Of a stretch of DNA of 64,000 nt, positions 63,455 to 64,000 are shown in pieces. Both the position numbers and the translations under genes were made by a program. How positions within the stretch are numbered: position 1 is the stretch's first letter; each line of letters begins with the position of its first letter. Under the pieces are notes generated by a model. That model worked only from the letters and a program-made list of their open reading frames with translations, was not told the origin of the DNA and searched no databases. The DNA comes from Alphaproteobacteria bacterium (GTDB taxonomy: Bacteria; Pseudomonadota; Alphaproteobacteria; UBA828), in the NCBI GenBank assembly GCA_963422645.2, contig CAXXVO010000012.1, forward strand, positions 32,001-96,000, written 5' to 3'.

Positions 63455-64000
63455 GACACCAATGCCTCCACACCGAAGAGTTCGACGATCAACTCGAAGC
63501 CCGCGGCCGTCGGCGGTAGCACGATCGCGGCCAACGGGCTGAACGCGCTGCCGAACTCCGCCGCTATCAGCGGCACGATAAAGAACGCGACCAGCACGGC
63601 AACTATACCGAAGCGCTCGAGTCGCGCGAAACGCTCGGCGTGGCGCGGCGGCAGCAGCCCATGCACCACGCGTCCGCCGTCGAGCGGCGGCACCGGCAAC
63701 ATGTTGAAGATGGCCAGCACCAGATTGATCACGATGCCGAGCGTGAACGTCGTCTGCCACCACTCGGCCAGCAACGCCGGAAACGCCGGCGCAGCATGGA
63801 GCAGGACTGCCGAGACGCAGGCCAGGAGAATGTTCATCCCCGGCCCGGCGAGCGCCACCAGGACCATGCCGCCGCGCGGGTTGCGGAGCCTCGCCGGATT
63901 GACTGGCACCGGCTTCGCGAAGCCGAACACGAAGGGCGCGCCGAGAGCGATCAGCGCTCCCGGCAACAGAATGGTGCCCACGGGATGAACGTGCCTGATT
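63442..64000 (-). CDS. Site-2 protease (M50) family protein, 5' end outside window
   Basis: FAKPVPVN, VALAGPGMN, FNMLPVPPLDGG. Confidence 0.88.
   Translation of the reverse strand, partial: IRHVHPVGTILLPGALIALGAPFVFGFAKPVPVNPARLRNPRGGMVLVALAGPGMNILLACVSAVLLHAAPAFPALLAEWWQTTFTLGIVINLVLAIFNMLPVPPLDGGRVVHGLLPPRHAERFARLERFGIVAVLVAFFIVPLIAAEFGSAFSPLAAIVLPPTAAGFELIVELFGVEALVSWSI

Overview
High-GC alphaproteobacterial chromosome segment. The backbone is ordinary: a liv-type ABC transporter, uppS-frr-pyrH-tsf-rpsB, dnaE, rpmG, sugar and BMP-type ABC transporters with a 4-pyridoxolactonase, catabolic enzymes, fixL-fixJ-fixK, dksA, an NAD-linked formate dehydrogenase and scpAB. Two accessory zones interrupt it. 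(1) 6196-15701 is a nest of a DUF4338 IS, a large serine recombinase element, a 5.2-kb DDE+ATPase+helicase+primase transposon and the left end of a Mu-like element; it sits between a truncated osmC and a truncated aminotransferase. (2) 37397-42329 is an internally deleted Mu-like element (TGTA...TACA ends, 5-bp GCGGC target duplication) that splits a SulP gene and holds a second copy of the same transposon. The most unusual signal lies outside these elements. A stand-alone Mu gp27-like (putative small terminase) gene at 42927 is framed by a dyad/leaderless promoter-like motif and a 10-bp-periodic repeat array. The same two motifs recur without the gene at 61555-61791, and similar 10-bp-periodic arrays occupy the pac-equivalent position of both Mu-like left ends, which suggests a packaging-hijack or decoy cassette. 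A predicted pseudoknotted RNA directly after a MuF-type PBECR nuclease domain is a candidate RNA antitoxin. Family assignments come from motif recognition by eye; no database searches were run.
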